From: Vulcanimicrobiota bacterium
Lineage (GTDB): Bacteria; Vulcanimicrobiota; Vulcanimicrobiia; Vulcanimicrobiales; Vulcanimicrobiaceae
NCBI GenBank assembly: GCA_963812155.1
Contig: CAWETW010000001.1
Span: forward strand, 352,001 to 416,000
Reading direction: 5' to 3'
Length of the DNA stretch: 64,000 bases
The notes under the pieces were generated by a model. That model searched no databases and was not told where the DNA came from. It saw only the letters and a program-made list of their open reading frames with translations. A program made the position numbers and the translations under genes. Below, in pieces: positions 1-10,215 of this stretch. Position 1 is the first letter of the stretch, and each line of letters opens with the position of its first letter.

Positions 1-58
1 CGACGGCGAGCAGCGAGGCGGCCGCCGCGAACCGCCATATACATCCACGAAAGTTCAT
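1..58 (-). CDS. 5' end of a probable secreted protein (runs off the window)
   Basis: ATG at 58 preceded by a GGAG RBS; reads MNFRGCIWRFAAAASLLAV, which is signal-peptide-like. Confidence 0.5.
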   Translation of the reverse strand, partial: MNFRGCIWRFAAAASLLAV

Positions 59-122
59 AAGCGCTCCTTTCCCCGAGAACGGGATTCTATTCGCCTTCCG
101 GCGGGTTGCTTGCTCTCCGGGT

Positions 123-1199
123 TCAGCCGTCTGCAGCGGAAGCCTGCGCCGCGACCAGACGTTCGGTGCCGCGCAACGCTTGGAGCGTAGGCGTGCCGAG
201 GACGAACATCGCGACGCGCAGGGTCTCGACGATTTCGCGTGCGAGCTCGCCGGCATGCTTCTCGCCCGCATCGGCGGCACGCAAAAACGGTCCCGCCACG
301 CCCGCGAGATCGGCGCCCAAAGCGATCGCTTTGGCGACGTCGAGGCCGTGCGCGATTCCGCCGCTGGCGACGATCGTTTCAACCGGCGCGACGGCGCGCG
401 CTTGCCGTAGCGCCTCGGCCGTCGGAATTCCCCATCCGGCGAACGCTTGCGCGACGCGTGCACGCCAGGGTTCCGCGATGCGGTGGCGCTCGACCTCACT
501 CCAGGAGGTGCCGCCCGCACCGGCGACGTCGATTGCCGCGACGCCGGCGTCGAAGAGCCGCCGGACGTCGTCCGGCGCGATCCCCCAACCGACCTCTTTG
601 ACCACGACTGGAAAATCGACGGCCGCGCAGAGCGCTGCGATTTTTTCGAGGACGCCGCGAAAGCATGTATCGCCCTCCGGCTGCAGCGCCTCTTGCAGTG
701 CGTTGAGATGCAGCACGAGCGCATCGGCATGCAGTCGCTCGACGAGCCGGCGGCAATCGCCGGCACCGTAGCCTTTGTTCAGCTGCACCGCGCCGAGATT
801 TGCAAGCAGCAGCACGTCGGGCGCCAGCGCGCGAACGTCGAACGTATGGAGCGTCTCTAAAGACTCCAGCGCCGCGCGTCCCGAGCCTAGACCCATCGCC
901 AAACCGCATTCGGCTGCGACGGTCGCGAGAATCCGGTTGATGCGCGCCCCCTCGGGCGTGCCGCCGGTCATGCACGAGACGAGCAGCGGCGCTGCCAGCC
1001 GGCGCCCGAAGAGCTGCGTGGACGTGTCGACGTCGGCAAGATCGATGCCGGGCAGCGCGTGATGGACGAAGACGTAGCGTTCGAATCCGTTGGTGACGCC
1101 CTTTGCGGCGACGTCGCGTTCGGCGTTAATACGGATATGATCGGCCTTCCGGCCGGCGGTCGCCGCGTCAGGCGTGGGTCGCGACGTGCCGGGCAACAC
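123..1199 (-). CDS. fni: Type 2 isopentenyl-diphosphate delta-isomerase (FMN-dependent)
   Basis: RKADHI, MTGG, GLGSGR, ANLGAVQL, HLNALQEALQPEGD, VKEVGWG and AGAGGTSW motifs. Confidence 0.95.
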   Translation of the reverse strand: MLPGTSRPTPDAATAGRKADHIRINAERDVAAKGVTNGFERYVFVHHALPGIDLADVDTSTQLFGRRLAAPLLVSCMTGGTPEGARINRILATVAAECGLAMGLGSGRAALESLETLHTFDVRALAPDVLLLANLGAVQLNKGYGAGDCRRLVERLHADALVLHLNALQEALQPEGDTCFRGVLEKIAALCAAVDFPVVVKEVGWGIAPDDVRRLFDAGVAAIDVAGAGGTSWSEVERHRIAEPWRARVAQAFAGWGIPTAEALRQARAVAPVETIVASGGIAHGLDVAKAIALGADLAGVAGPFLRAADAGEKHAGELAREIVETLRVAMFVLGTPTLQALRGTERLVAAQASAADG

Positions 1200-1882
1200 T
1201 TTGAAAAACGTTCAGTTGTCGTGGTTGGGGAATGCAACGTTCGATCGACGCAACCGATTTCTGCGCGAGCCGGCGCGCGAGGGCCGCGTCGCCGCTTTGC
1301 GCGGCGGCCGCCAACAGCCGTCCGGCGCGATTGAACTCCCTGCACACTGCATGTGGCGCACCTGCGACGAGCGCGCCGCTTTCCAGCGCGGCACCGGTTA
1401 ATGCGGCGCTGCGGCGGCGCACGGAACGAACGCGCGACAGCAGGCTGCCGCGCGCGGGCGCCTCGTTCGCCGTCGTTGCTTCGGCCTTCGATCGCAACGA
1501 GGACGGCGCGCGCCGCGAGCGATGCCGCCGCAAGCCGCCGCTCGGGGTTGCGGACGTCTTGCGCGAGTGCGCGCAACGCCATCGCGTACAGCGCGTCGCC
1601 GGCATTGAGGCTTTGGCCAAGACCCCAACGCGCCACCACCGGCTCGACGGCACCATTCCCGGCATCGCCTTCTTCCACCAGCTCGTCGTGGAGCAGCATG
1701 AAGCGGTCGAACAGATCGAAAGCCGCGGCGACCGGAAGCGCGTCGGAGAGCTCGCTGTCGCCGCCTCCGCAGGCCGAGCACGCCCACAGCACGAGATTTG
1801 GCCGAAGCATGAAATCGTCGTTGCGCGCGCGGCGCCGTTGCTCAATAATCGTCCAGGCCACCGATTGCAGCGGCAGGGTCAC
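1168..1882 (-). CDS. Polyprenyl synthetase-like protein with degenerate motifs, split by a +1 frameshift at about 1457
   Basis: LRPNLVL, LLHDELVEE (FARM position), WGLGQSLNAGDALY in ORF 968..2194; continues as RRRSAALTGAALESGA in the 1168..1845 frame; GTG start at 1882. Confidence 0.7.
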
Positions 1883-2027
1883 GCCGCGCAGGTAGGCGAG
1901 GATGGGAGCGCGATGTTCGCTCAAAGGAGCGCATTGGGGGACCGGCACCATGGCCGGGCCTTTCGCCGGTTCCAGACGCGTTCCGCCCGGCGCCGTTACA
2001 CGCAAACACGAGGAGTTCACGGAAAAC

Positions 2028-2897
2028 ATGCAGATCGGTTCGGAAGAACACAAACAGCTTTTCTGCCGCTCGTTCATCGAGACGCACAAGCCGTACGAAC
2101 CGCGCGACATGCCGTGGCCCGCGCTCGACGACGTTTCGCTCGCGCGACTGCGCGCGATTCCGGTGTGGAGCATGGCGCTCTCGATCGAGGTCAATGCCGG
2201 AGCAATGCTCGCGGGGTATGCAAGTACGGAGGCGGACCCGCTCGTACGCCAGGCTATCGAACTGCAAGGCTACGAAGAGGCCCGCCACGGCCGCATTTTG
2301 GCCGAAATGGTTTCGCGCTACGGGTTGAGGGCAGAAACGAGCACGTCGAACGAGAAGCCGAACCGCGCGGCTTTCGTCAAATTCGGATATGACGAATGTG
2401 TCGACTCGTTCGCGGGATTCGGGATCTTTCGTCTGGCGTGCGACGCACGCATCCTGCCCGATTCGCTCACGTCGCTCTTCCTCCGCGTCATGGAAGAGGA
2501 AGCACGCCACATCGTGTTTTTCGTCAATTGGATCGCCTGGGACCGTGACCGCTCGGGTTGCCGCGGACCCGTGATGCAGGCCGTTCCGACAATCCTCGAA
2601 TACTTCAGAGCGGTCACCCGGCGCGCGAAGAGCGGCAGCGAAATGGCGGCCGGCGGCGGCAGCAGCAGCAGCACGACCGACGGTAAAATCAATCTCTTTG
2701 AGGACGTGCTCAAAGGTCTCACCCCGGCCAAATTCCTGCGCGCCTGCATCGATGAAAACGAACGCTACATGCGCGCGTTCGATTCTCGCCTACTGCGTCC
2801 GCGATTCATCCCGGCGCTCGCGCGCGCCGCACTTTTCATCCTCGAAATCGTCGAACGGCTTCGCGCGACGTTCGGCCGCGGCGAAGCACACGCGTAA
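2028..2897 (+). CDS. Ferritin-like (diiron carboxylate) domain protein
   Basis: Two EEARH motifs plus additional Glu residues in helical segments; GAGGAG RBS before ATG 2028. Confidence 0.8.
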   Translation: MQIGSEEHKQLFCRSFIETHKPYEPRDMPWPALDDVSLARLRAIPVWSMALSIEVNAGAMLAGYASTEADPLVRQAIELQGYEEARHGRILAEMVSRYGLRAETSTSNEKPNRAAFVKFGYDECVDSFAGFGIFRLACDARILPDSLTSLFLRVMEEEARHIVFFVNWIAWDRDRSGCRGPVMQAVPTILEYFRAVTRRAKSGSEMAAGGGSSSSTTDGKINLFEDVLKGLTPAKFLRACIDENERYMRAFDSRLLRPRFIPALARAALFILEIVERLRATFGRGEAHA

Positions 2898-2903
2898 AAC
2901 GCG

Positions 2904-3521
2904 CTAGAAGCGCAGTGCGACGATCGTCAGGTGCGGCCCGAGTTCGGCGGCCGGACGCACGCGCGCAGCCTCAAAGTACATGAAGCGCCGGTCGCCGGCG
3001 TGCATGCCGGCAAAATCCCATTCGCTTACGCGCGCGTCGGAATACTTCGAACGCGCGATCCCTTCGCGTGCGGTGGCGGCGAGGCGCTCGAAGCCGACCG
3101 CTCGCGGGTCGAAGGCTTCGGCGTCGACTTCCGCCTGCGTGACGGGGCCGCCGGTGAGCGACATCAGGCGCACCGGGATGGGGCCGCTCAGTGTGCCGTT
3201 CGGAGCGACCGTGTACGCATCGACGTTGAGCCGATGGGTTGGTTCTTGAACGTTCACCATCAGCCCGTTGACGCCGTCGGAGGTAATTGACGTGACGCGC
3301 AGCGGTTTTCCCGAGCGCGCTTCAATAGCATCGAAGGCTTTGAGCACGGCTCGGCCGTCGGCGAGAAACGGACTGCTCGGGCCGCCGCCCGGATTCGCCG
3401 CCGTGATCGCGGGGTCGCCGCTGCCGTACGCGGAGCCCGACGAACCGGAACAAGCTGCGAGCGTCCATACGAGGACGGCTGGGAGTGCGCCGACACGTGG
3501 ACGCGCCGAACGAAGCATCAT
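2904..3521 (-). CDS. Hypothetical lipoprotein
   Basis: Signal peptide ending in the LAAC lipobox; start trimmed from ORF 2904..3671. Confidence 0.65.
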   Translation of the reverse strand: MMLRSARPRVGALPAVLVWTLAACSGSSGSAYGSGDPAITAANPGGGPSSPFLADGRAVLKAFDAIEARSGKPLRVTSITSDGVNGLMVNVQEPTHRLNVDAYTVAPNGTLSGPIPVRLMSLTGGPVTQAEVDAEAFDPRAVGFERLAATAREGIARSKYSDARVSEWDFAGMHAGDRRFMYFEAARVRPAAELGPHLTIVALRF

Positions 3522-3599
3522 CGGCGTTCGATTGCCGGACGTCCGGTCGGTTCCTTCACTGCCGCCGTCGAAGCCGGTCTCCATGAAACGGCGGTTCTC

Positions 3600-5087
3600 G
3601 TGACGCTGACGCGCGCTGCCTTTCTGGCCGGCGCGAGCGGCGCTCTCGCCGGGTGCACCGGCGTCCCGCAAGGCGCAGGCGCCGCTCGTTCGATGTTACC
3701 GTCGGCGCGAGGCCGGGCGCGCGTCGCGATCGTGGGAGCGGGCGTTGCGGGTCTCACCTGCGCCTACCGTCTGCGGCAGGCCGGCATCGCCGCGCAGATC
3801 TTCGAAGCCGGCGACCGCATCGGCGGGCGAACCTGGACCCTGCGCGGCTACTTTGCGCAGGGACAAATCGCCGAGCACGGCGGCGAATTCATCTCGCTCG
3901 ACCAGCATGCGGTGCGCCTACTCGCAGACGAACTCGGGCTACGGCTGATCAACGTCAACCGTCACGAGAAGGGACGGACGACCTACTTTTTCGACGGCGA
4001 ACGCTACACCGTCGACGAGGCACGTCACGACTACTTCGGCATCGTTCGCGAACGGCTGCGCGCGGACGTCAAAGCCGCCGGTTATCCAACCACATACGAT
4101 CAATCGACGCCGGCCGGCCGCGCGCTCGACCGCACGACCGTTGCGGAGTGGATCGAGAAGCGCGTCCCCGGCGGGATGGGCTCGAAGCTCGGCGCACTGC
4201 TCGCGAACGCGAGCGTCGGCGAGTTCGGCGCCGATCCGGGCGATCAGAGTGCGCTGAACCTGCTCTACCTTCTCGGCCTGGAAAAGCACCGCCGTTTCAA
4301 TATCGACGGCACCGACGAAGCACTTCACGTGGTTGGCGGCATGGACCAAATCGCGTCGCGTTTAGCCGCAGCGCTTCCGGCCGGTACGATCCAAACCGGC
4401 GCGCCGCTGGCGGCGCTGAGCGAACGCGCCGACGGCTCGTTTCTCTGTACGTTCGATGACGGTCCCACCGGCCGCGGCGTGCCGGCCGAGTACGTCTGCC
4501 TCGCGCTACCGTTCACCACGTTGCGCGACGTCGATCTGCGCCGCGTGACGCTGTCGTCGCGCAAACGCATCGCGATTCGTCATCTCGATCTCGGCACGAA
4601 CGCGAAGCTGCACATGCAGTTTCGGCGGCGCGTGTGGACAGCCGAAAACTACGACGGTGCGTCGTACGTGCAGTTTCCCTACGAAGAGTCGTGGGAAGTC
4701 TCGGCGTCGCAACCCGGCGACTACGGCATCCTCGTGGGCTTTCCCGGCGGACGCCGAGGCGTGCTGCCGGCCCCCGCGCACGGTCCGGCTCCGGCTTCGA
4801 TCGCCGGCGAGTACGTGCGCCGGCTCGATCGCATTTATCCGGGCATCGCGGCGCAGTATACCGGGACGGCGTACCTCGACGTGTGGGCGCACGACCGCTG
4901 GCATCGCGGAGCGTACGCGTATTACAAACCCGGACAGTACACGCAGTTCGCCGGCATCGAAGGCGTGCCGGAAGGGAACGTCTTTTTTGCCGGCGAGCAC
5001 ACCTCGTACAACAATATGGGCTACGTCAACGGTGCCGTCATTTCCGGAGAGCGGGCCGCGCGAGAGATCGCGCGGCGTCTAACCTGA
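3600..5087 (+). CDS. Flavin monoamine oxidase / amino-acid oxidase family lipoprotein
   Basis: VAIVGAGVAGL Rossmann motif, RIGGR, EHGGEFI, FFAGEHT, GAVISGERAA; N-terminal LAGC lipobox. Confidence 0.9.
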   Translation: MTLTRAAFLAGASGALAGCTGVPQGAGAARSMLPSARGRARVAIVGAGVAGLTCAYRLRQAGIAAQIFEAGDRIGGRTWTLRGYFAQGQIAEHGGEFISLDQHAVRLLADELGLRLINVNRHEKGRTTYFFDGERYTVDEARHDYFGIVRERLRADVKAAGYPTTYDQSTPAGRALDRTTVAEWIEKRVPGGMGSKLGALLANASVGEFGADPGDQSALNLLYLLGLEKHRRFNIDGTDEALHVVGGMDQIASRLAAALPAGTIQTGAPLAALSERADGSFLCTFDDGPTGRGVPAEYVCLALPFTTLRDVDLRRVTLSSRKRIAIRHLDLGTNAKLHMQFRRRVWTAENYDGASYVQFPYEESWEVSASQPGDYGILVGFPGGRRGVLPAPAHGPAPASIAGEYVRRLDRIYPGIAAQYTGTAYLDVWAHDRWHRGAYAYYKPGQYTQFAGIEGVPEGNVFFAGEHTSYNNMGYVNGAVISGERAAREIARRLT

Positions 5088-6257
5088 GCGCCTCCAACTC
5101 GCGGGCACGTCGACGTATGAGGCGTCGAGCGCGCCGGCGGCGTGACAGCCGAGCAGACGCAGCGTTCGTACGACTCCCTCGCGCAAAATCTCGATCGCGC
5201 GCGTAACGCCGGGGCCGCCGGCTGCGCCGAGACCGTATGCGTAGGCGCGTCCCACGAGCACCGCGCGCGCGCCCAAACAGAGCGCTTTCACGACGTCGCT
5301 GCCGCGCCGCACGCCGCCGTCGAGCAGCACTTCGATGCGATCGCCCACGGCCGCAACAACTTCGGGTAACGCTTGCAGCGTCGGCGATACTTCGTCGAGT
5401 TGGCGGCCGCCGTGATTCGAAACGACGACCGCATTCGCACCCGCATCGGCAGCGCGAAGCGCGTCTTCACCGGTCAGCACGCCTTTAACGACGATCGGCG
5501 CCGGGCCCCACGCCTCGCGTATCCACGCGAGATCGCTCCACGCAACCGACGATTGCGCGAGCGCGCCTTCGACGTCGACGTAGCGCATCGGGCTGTCGCC
5601 GACCACGACGTTGGGAAACTGCATCAATCCGCCGTCGCGCAGGAAATCGGCCAGCCAGCGCGGACGCGCGAGCAGATGCCGCGCGTGCGGCAACATCGTC
5701 CAAAAACGGCGCGCCAACAAGGCTTTCGCGCCGTTGCGGACGTCGCGCTCGCGCAAACCCGCCACGGCAGTGTCGACGGTGACGACGAGCGCGGCGTAGC
5801 CGGCGGCGCGCGCACGCACGATCGCCTTGACGGCGGCCTCGCGGCCGCCGACGAGGTAGAGTTGGTACCAGAGCGGTCCGCCGGATGCCACGCGAACGTC
5901 CTCGAGCGCGCAACCCGAAAGCGTCGAGAGCGAATAGAGCGTGCCTGCCGCGCCCGCGGCCGCCGCGGCCGCGCATTCGCCGCGCGGATACATTAGGCGG
6001 CTGCTGCCGACCGGCGCAAGCCCAAACGGAAGTTTCAAATGCTGCCCGAGCACGTTGACGCTCAGGTCGCATTCGGCATTGGCAACCGCGCCGCGCGGAC
6101 GAAATCGCACCGCTTCGAAGGCGCGCTCGTTTTCACGTAACGTCACTTCGCCGTCGGCACCGCCGTCGACGTAGTCGAAGACGACGCGCGGCAATCGGCG
6201 CCGGGCGAGCTCGCGCAGATCCGCGACGTTTATCGCACGGACGGTTCCGGTGGTCAC
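5079..6257 (-). CDS. FMN-dependent alpha-hydroxy acid dehydrogenase (LldD/MdlB family)
   Basis: FDYVDGGA, WYQLY, TVDT, SNHGGRQLD, DGGVRRGSDVVKAL motifs. Confidence 0.92.
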   Translation of the reverse strand: MTTGTVRAINVADLRELARRRLPRVVFDYVDGGADGEVTLRENERAFEAVRFRPRGAVANAECDLSVNVLGQHLKLPFGLAPVGSSRLMYPRGECAAAAAAGAAGTLYSLSTLSGCALEDVRVASGGPLWYQLYLVGGREAAVKAIVRARAAGYAALVVTVDTAVAGLRERDVRNGAKALLARRFWTMLPHARHLLARPRWLADFLRDGGLMQFPNVVVGDSPMRYVDVEGALAQSSVAWSDLAWIREAWGPAPIVVKGVLTGEDALRAADAGANAVVVSNHGGRQLDEVSPTLQALPEVVAAVGDRIEVLLDGGVRRGSDVVKALCLGARAVLVGRAYAYGLGAAGGPGVTRAIEILREGVVRTLRLLGCHAAGALDASYVDVPASWRRSG

Positions 6258-6330
6258 GCGGCAAAGGTTCTGCAATCGCCGGCAGCACTCCGTTGAAGGC
6301 AGCCGCGCGGGCGCGCGAAAGCACGCGACC

Positions 6331-6801
6331 ATGCATCGAACACGAACGCACTCCTACGCCGTCGCAGTGACGTGGAACGGAAACCTCGGGAGCGGAACGA
6401 GCGACTATCGCAGCTACGAGCGCGCACACGGAATCTCGGCTGCAGGCAAGCCGGAGATCGCCGCCTCGTCGGACCCGGCGTTTCGGGGCGACGCGAGCCG
6501 CTGGAATCCGGAAGAACTGCTCGTCGCGTCGCTGAGCGCTTGCCACATGCTCTGGTATCTGCACCTGGCTTCGGTTGCCGGGATCGCCGTCACGGATTAC
6601 GTTGACGAGGCCGAGGGTACGATGGAGGAAAGTGCCGGAGGCGAGGGCCGGTTCGTGCGGGCGTTGCTGCGGCCACGCGTCTCGATCGCACCCGGGTGCG
6701 ACGCCGTTCGCGCGCGCGAACTGCATCGCGAAGCCCACAGCAAGTGTTTCATTGCTCAGTCCGTCAACTTTCCCGTCGAATGCGAACCTGAAATTCTCTG
6801 A
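6331..6801 (+). CDS. OsmC family protein
   Basis: SSDPAFRGD, NPEELLVASLSACH, AHSKCFIAQSV (two conserved Cys). Confidence 0.9.
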   Translation: MHRTRTHSYAVAVTWNGNLGSGTSDYRSYERAHGISAAGKPEIAASSDPAFRGDASRWNPEELLVASLSACHMLWYLHLASVAGIAVTDYVDEAEGTMEESAGGEGRFVRALLRPRVSIAPGCDAVRARELHREAHSKCFIAQSVNFPVECEPEIL

Positions 6802-6854
6802 AGAATCCATTTCGTCACCGCGAGCAAGCGCCGGTCGGCCTCATCACGATCACG

Positions 6855-8297
6855 GTGATGCTGGGGCTGATCATGGCGATCATCGACACGACGATCGTCA
6901 ACGTCGCGCTGACCACCATCGGCGGCAATCTGGGCGCCACCGTCGACGAAGTCGCGTGGGTCGCGACGGGCTATATTCTCGCCAGCGTCGTCATCATGCC
7001 GCTCAACGGCTGGCTGACGGCCCTGCTCGGACGCAAGCGCTTCTACGCCGCGTCTCTCGGCTTGTTTACGGTCGCGTCGCTCCTGTGCGGAACCGCGCAC
7101 TCGATTTGGATGCTGGTTTTCTATCGCGTGATCCAAGGCATCGGCGGCGGCGCCCTTCAGCCGACCGCTCAAGCGATTCTCTTTGAAACCTACCCGCCGC
7201 AAAAGCGCGGCGCGGCGATGGCGATCTTCGGCTTGGGCGCGATGGTCGGTCCCGCGATCGGACCGCTGCTCGGGGGCTACATCGTCGACAACGCGAGCTG
7301 GCCGCTGATCTTCTACATCAACATACCGATCGGCATCGCCGCGTTTCTGTTGACGCTCGCCGTCATTCCGAACCCGAAGTTCCTGCAAAAACCGAAAGGC
7401 GGCATCGATTTCATGGCGCTCGGCCTGCTCACCGCCGGCCTTGCATCGCTGCAATACGTGCTCGAGCGCGGCGAGCGCGACGACTGGTTCCAGTCGCCGA
7501 CGATACAACTGCTCACGTGCGTATCCGTCGTCACGCTCGTGCTTTTCGTCGTCAAGTCGCTGCGGGACCGGTATCCGATCGTGGATCTCGCCGTTTTTAA
7601 GTTCCGATCGTTTTCGGTCGGCTCGTTCCTCGGCGTCATCATGGGCTTCGGTCTGTTCGGAACGGCGCTCGTGCTGCCGCTCTTCTTTCAGTCGATCTTG
7701 GGATTCACGGCGTTCGACACCGGCATGGCGTTGTTGCCGGGGGCGCTCTCGACCGCCGTGTCGATGCTCATCATAGGACGAATCTTCAACCGCATCGACG
7801 GCCGATGGTCGATCGTCTTCGGCATGTTGACCTTTGCGTGGTCGACCTGGCTGCTCGGGGGACTGACGGTGCAAGCCGGCTATTGGGAAGTCTTCTGGCC
7901 TCGACTCATCCAAGGCTTCGGCTTAGGATTCTTATTCGTTCCGCTCACGACGATCGCGCTTGGCGACGTGCCGATTCACGAACTCGCCGGCGCGACCGGC
8001 GTCTTCACGCTCCTGCGCCAACTCGGCGGAAGTTTCGGCATCGCCATTCTCACGACGATGCTCACGCATCAAACCGCGGTCGCCTGGAACGTGCTCGCCT
8101 CGGGCGTCACGCAGACGCACGGCTATTCGGTTCCCGCGCTGACCGGAATGGTCGCACAGCAATCGGCGATGATCGCCTACGACTACCTCTTCCGCTTCTG
8201 CGCGATCGTCTTCGTCCTGACGACGCCGCTGGTTTTCCTTATCAAAAAGCAGAAGCGCGCGTCGGGGACGTCGGGAATGCCGGCGGAGGCTGCCTGA
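6855..8297 (+). CDS. DHA2 (EmrB/QacA) MFS efflux permease
   Basis: IDTTIVNVAL, WVATGY, GPAIGPLLGG, IFYINIPIG; many TM segments; the true start may be CTG 6798, overlapping the upstream stop. Confidence 0.92.
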   Translation: MMLGLIMAIIDTTIVNVALTTIGGNLGATVDEVAWVATGYILASVVIMPLNGWLTALLGRKRFYAASLGLFTVASLLCGTAHSIWMLVFYRVIQGIGGGALQPTAQAILFETYPPQKRGAAMAIFGLGAMVGPAIGPLLGGYIVDNASWPLIFYINIPIGIAAFLLTLAVIPNPKFLQKPKGGIDFMALGLLTAGLASLQYVLERGERDDWFQSPTIQLLTCVSVVTLVLFVVKSLRDRYPIVDLAVFKFRSFSVGSFLGVIMGFGLFGTALVLPLFFQSILGFTAFDTGMALLPGALSTAVSMLIIGRIFNRIDGRWSIVFGMLTFAWSTWLLGGLTVQAGYWEVFWPRLIQGFGLGFLFVPLTTIALGDVPIHELAGATGVFTLLRQLGGSFGIAILTTMLTHQTAVAWNVLASGVTQTHGYSVPALTGMVAQQSAMIAYDYLFRFCAIVFVLTTPLVFLIKKQKRASGTSGMPAEAA

Positions 8298-8316
8298 GCG
8301 CGGCGGGCGAGCGGCT

Positions 8317-8634
8317 TTAGCTTGCGAGCTTCAGTTTGTAGCGGGGCGACAACGCATCGGCATTCTCGGCCACAAAGCGTCGCAACTCGCGAAGTTCGGC
8401 CGCGCCTTCAACCTTCGACTCGCTGAAGATATCGAGGAAGTGTTCGAGGCTCTCGACGGCCTCCGACCAGCGTGGATCGTCGGGGAGACCGGCGGCGTGG
8501 TGGAAGGCGTCGGCCAAGTCTTGGGTTGCGCGTCCGGCGGCGAAGGCCGCTCGCACGATTGGCACTCGCGGAACGTCGAGAAGCAGATGCGCGATATCGT
8601 CACAGAGCCGATCGCAAGCGGCTTCGTATTCCAT
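8317..8634 (-). CDS. Hypothetical protein (105 aa)
   Basis: GGAGG RBS and ATG 12 bp downstream of the MFS stop; co-oriented with it. Confidence 0.6.
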   Translation of the reverse strand: MEYEAACDRLCDDIAHLLLDVPRVPIVRAAFAAGRATQDLADAFHHAAGLPDDPRWSEAVESLEHFLDIFSESKVEGAAELRELRRFVAENADALSPRYKLKLAS

Positions 8635-8646
8635 TGCAGGTACCTC

Positions 8647-10215
8647 CTATGTTCGTTTGCGTGCTAATAGCAGCGCGCTGGGGGTTGCCAAAATCGCGAG
8701 GACGCCGGTAACGAAGAACGCGTCGGCGTAAGAGAGTGCCGCGGCTTGCGCCGCGATCGCGGCGCCCAGCTGTGCAGCGCTTCCGTGCTGCAAGAACTGC
8801 GCGACGGGCAGCCTCGAAATCGTCGCTTCGGCTGCAAGAATCGTTTGATGGAACTGTTCGCGCCGGTCGAAAAACGCAACGATGCCCGCCGACGATATCG
8901 AGCCGCCCAGTTGAAAGGCAAGCACGATGAACGACGCTGCTTTGGGCGCGGCTTCCGGCGCCACCGCGCGCATCGTCGCCACGAGCAACGGTGAATAGAC
9001 GAATGCCGAACCGGCGCCAATCACTAGGAGCGGGAGAACGAACGAACCGAGGTCGCTCTGCGTCGTCGTGCTGCCGGCTAACCAGAGCAATCCGATTCCC
9101 GCCACCCCTAAACCGCCGGCGATCATCCAGCGCAAGTCGAACTTCGGGATGCTCGTAAGCCGCGCGACCGGCAACGTGAGCAGGAGCACCGGCAGCGCGC
9201 GTATGCCGATTAACATTCCGGCGAGCGTGCTCGTAAAGCCCAAATCTTCAACGGTGAACTGCGGCAAGAGCAACAATGCTGGAAAAACGATTCCAGCCAA
9301 CGCACCCGCGATCGCTAACGCCGCGGTAACCGCCGGCTGGCGCAAAATCCGCAGGTCGACGATCGGCTGCGCAACGCGCAGCTCCCACCACACGAATGCG
9401 GCCGTCGCGAGCAATGCCGACATCGTGCACAGCCGGATCAACGGGTCGGAAAACCAGTCGTCGTGTTGGCCTTGGTCGAGCACGTACTGCATGCAACTGA
9501 CCGCAATCGTCAGCAAAACGATCCCCGCCACATCGACTCGCGCCGGTTGCGGCCGCCCGTTATCGCGCATGTAGCGCCACAACAACGCAAACGCGACGAT
9601 ACCCGGAACCAAGTTGACGTCGAATACCCACTGCCACGAAAGATTGTCGACGAGGATCCCGCCCAGCGTCGGGCCGACCGACGGGCCGAGGATCGTGCCG
9701 AGCGCGAAGATCGACTGGCTCAACCCTAGTTGTTCGGGCGGAAACGTGTCGCGCAGTACGACTTGTGCGACCGCCAACAACCCGCCGCCGAACGCGCCTT
9801 GGAGAATGCGAAAAAGAATCAAGGCGCTCAGCGACGTTGCGAGACCGCACAACATGGAGGCTAACGTAAAGCCGACAATGGAGACGAGAAAATAGTTCTT
9901 GCGTCCGAAGCGCAGCTGCAGCCAGGGCGTCAGCGGAATCACGATCACGTTGGCGATCACGTAGCCCGTCAACACCCACGTCGACTCGTCCACGGTCGCG
10001 CCGAGATTGCCTTGGATCGTGGGCAGCGCGACGTTCACGATCGTGAGATCGACGGTTTGCAGCAACGCCGCGAGCATGACGCCGGCCACGACCAGATAGC
10101 GGCGCGAGCCGTATTCGACGAGCGAAGGAGCGGAAGAGGGCGGAGGCGTTTCGCGCGGCGGGCGCGGCCGGGCGGGGATAACGCCGACGCGGACGGCCCG
10201 TTCGGCAACCGGCAT
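8647..10215 (-). CDS. DHA2 (EmrB/QacA) MFS efflux permease
   Basis: VDLTIVNVALPTIQG, GPSVGPTLGG, QYVLDQGQHDDWF. Confidence 0.92.
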   Translation of the reverse strand: MPVAERAVRVGVIPARPRPPRETPPPSSAPSLVEYGSRRYLVVAGVMLAALLQTVDLTIVNVALPTIQGNLGATVDESTWVLTGYVIANVIVIPLTPWLQLRFGRKNYFLVSIVGFTLASMLCGLATSLSALILFRILQGAFGGGLLAVAQVVLRDTFPPEQLGLSQSIFALGTILGPSVGPTLGGILVDNLSWQWVFDVNLVPGIVAFALLWRYMRDNGRPQPARVDVAGIVLLTIAVSCMQYVLDQGQHDDWFSDPLIRLCTMSALLATAAFVWWELRVAQPIVDLRILRQPAVTAALAIAGALAGIVFPALLLLPQFTVEDLGFTSTLAGMLIGIRALPVLLLTLPVARLTSIPKFDLRWMIAGGLGVAGIGLLWLAGSTTTQSDLGSFVLPLLVIGAGSAFVYSPLLVATMRAVAPEAAPKAASFIVLAFQLGGSISSAGIVAFFDRREQFHQTILAAEATISRLPVAQFLQHGSAAQLGAAIAAQAAALSYADAFFVTGVLAILATPSALLLARKRT

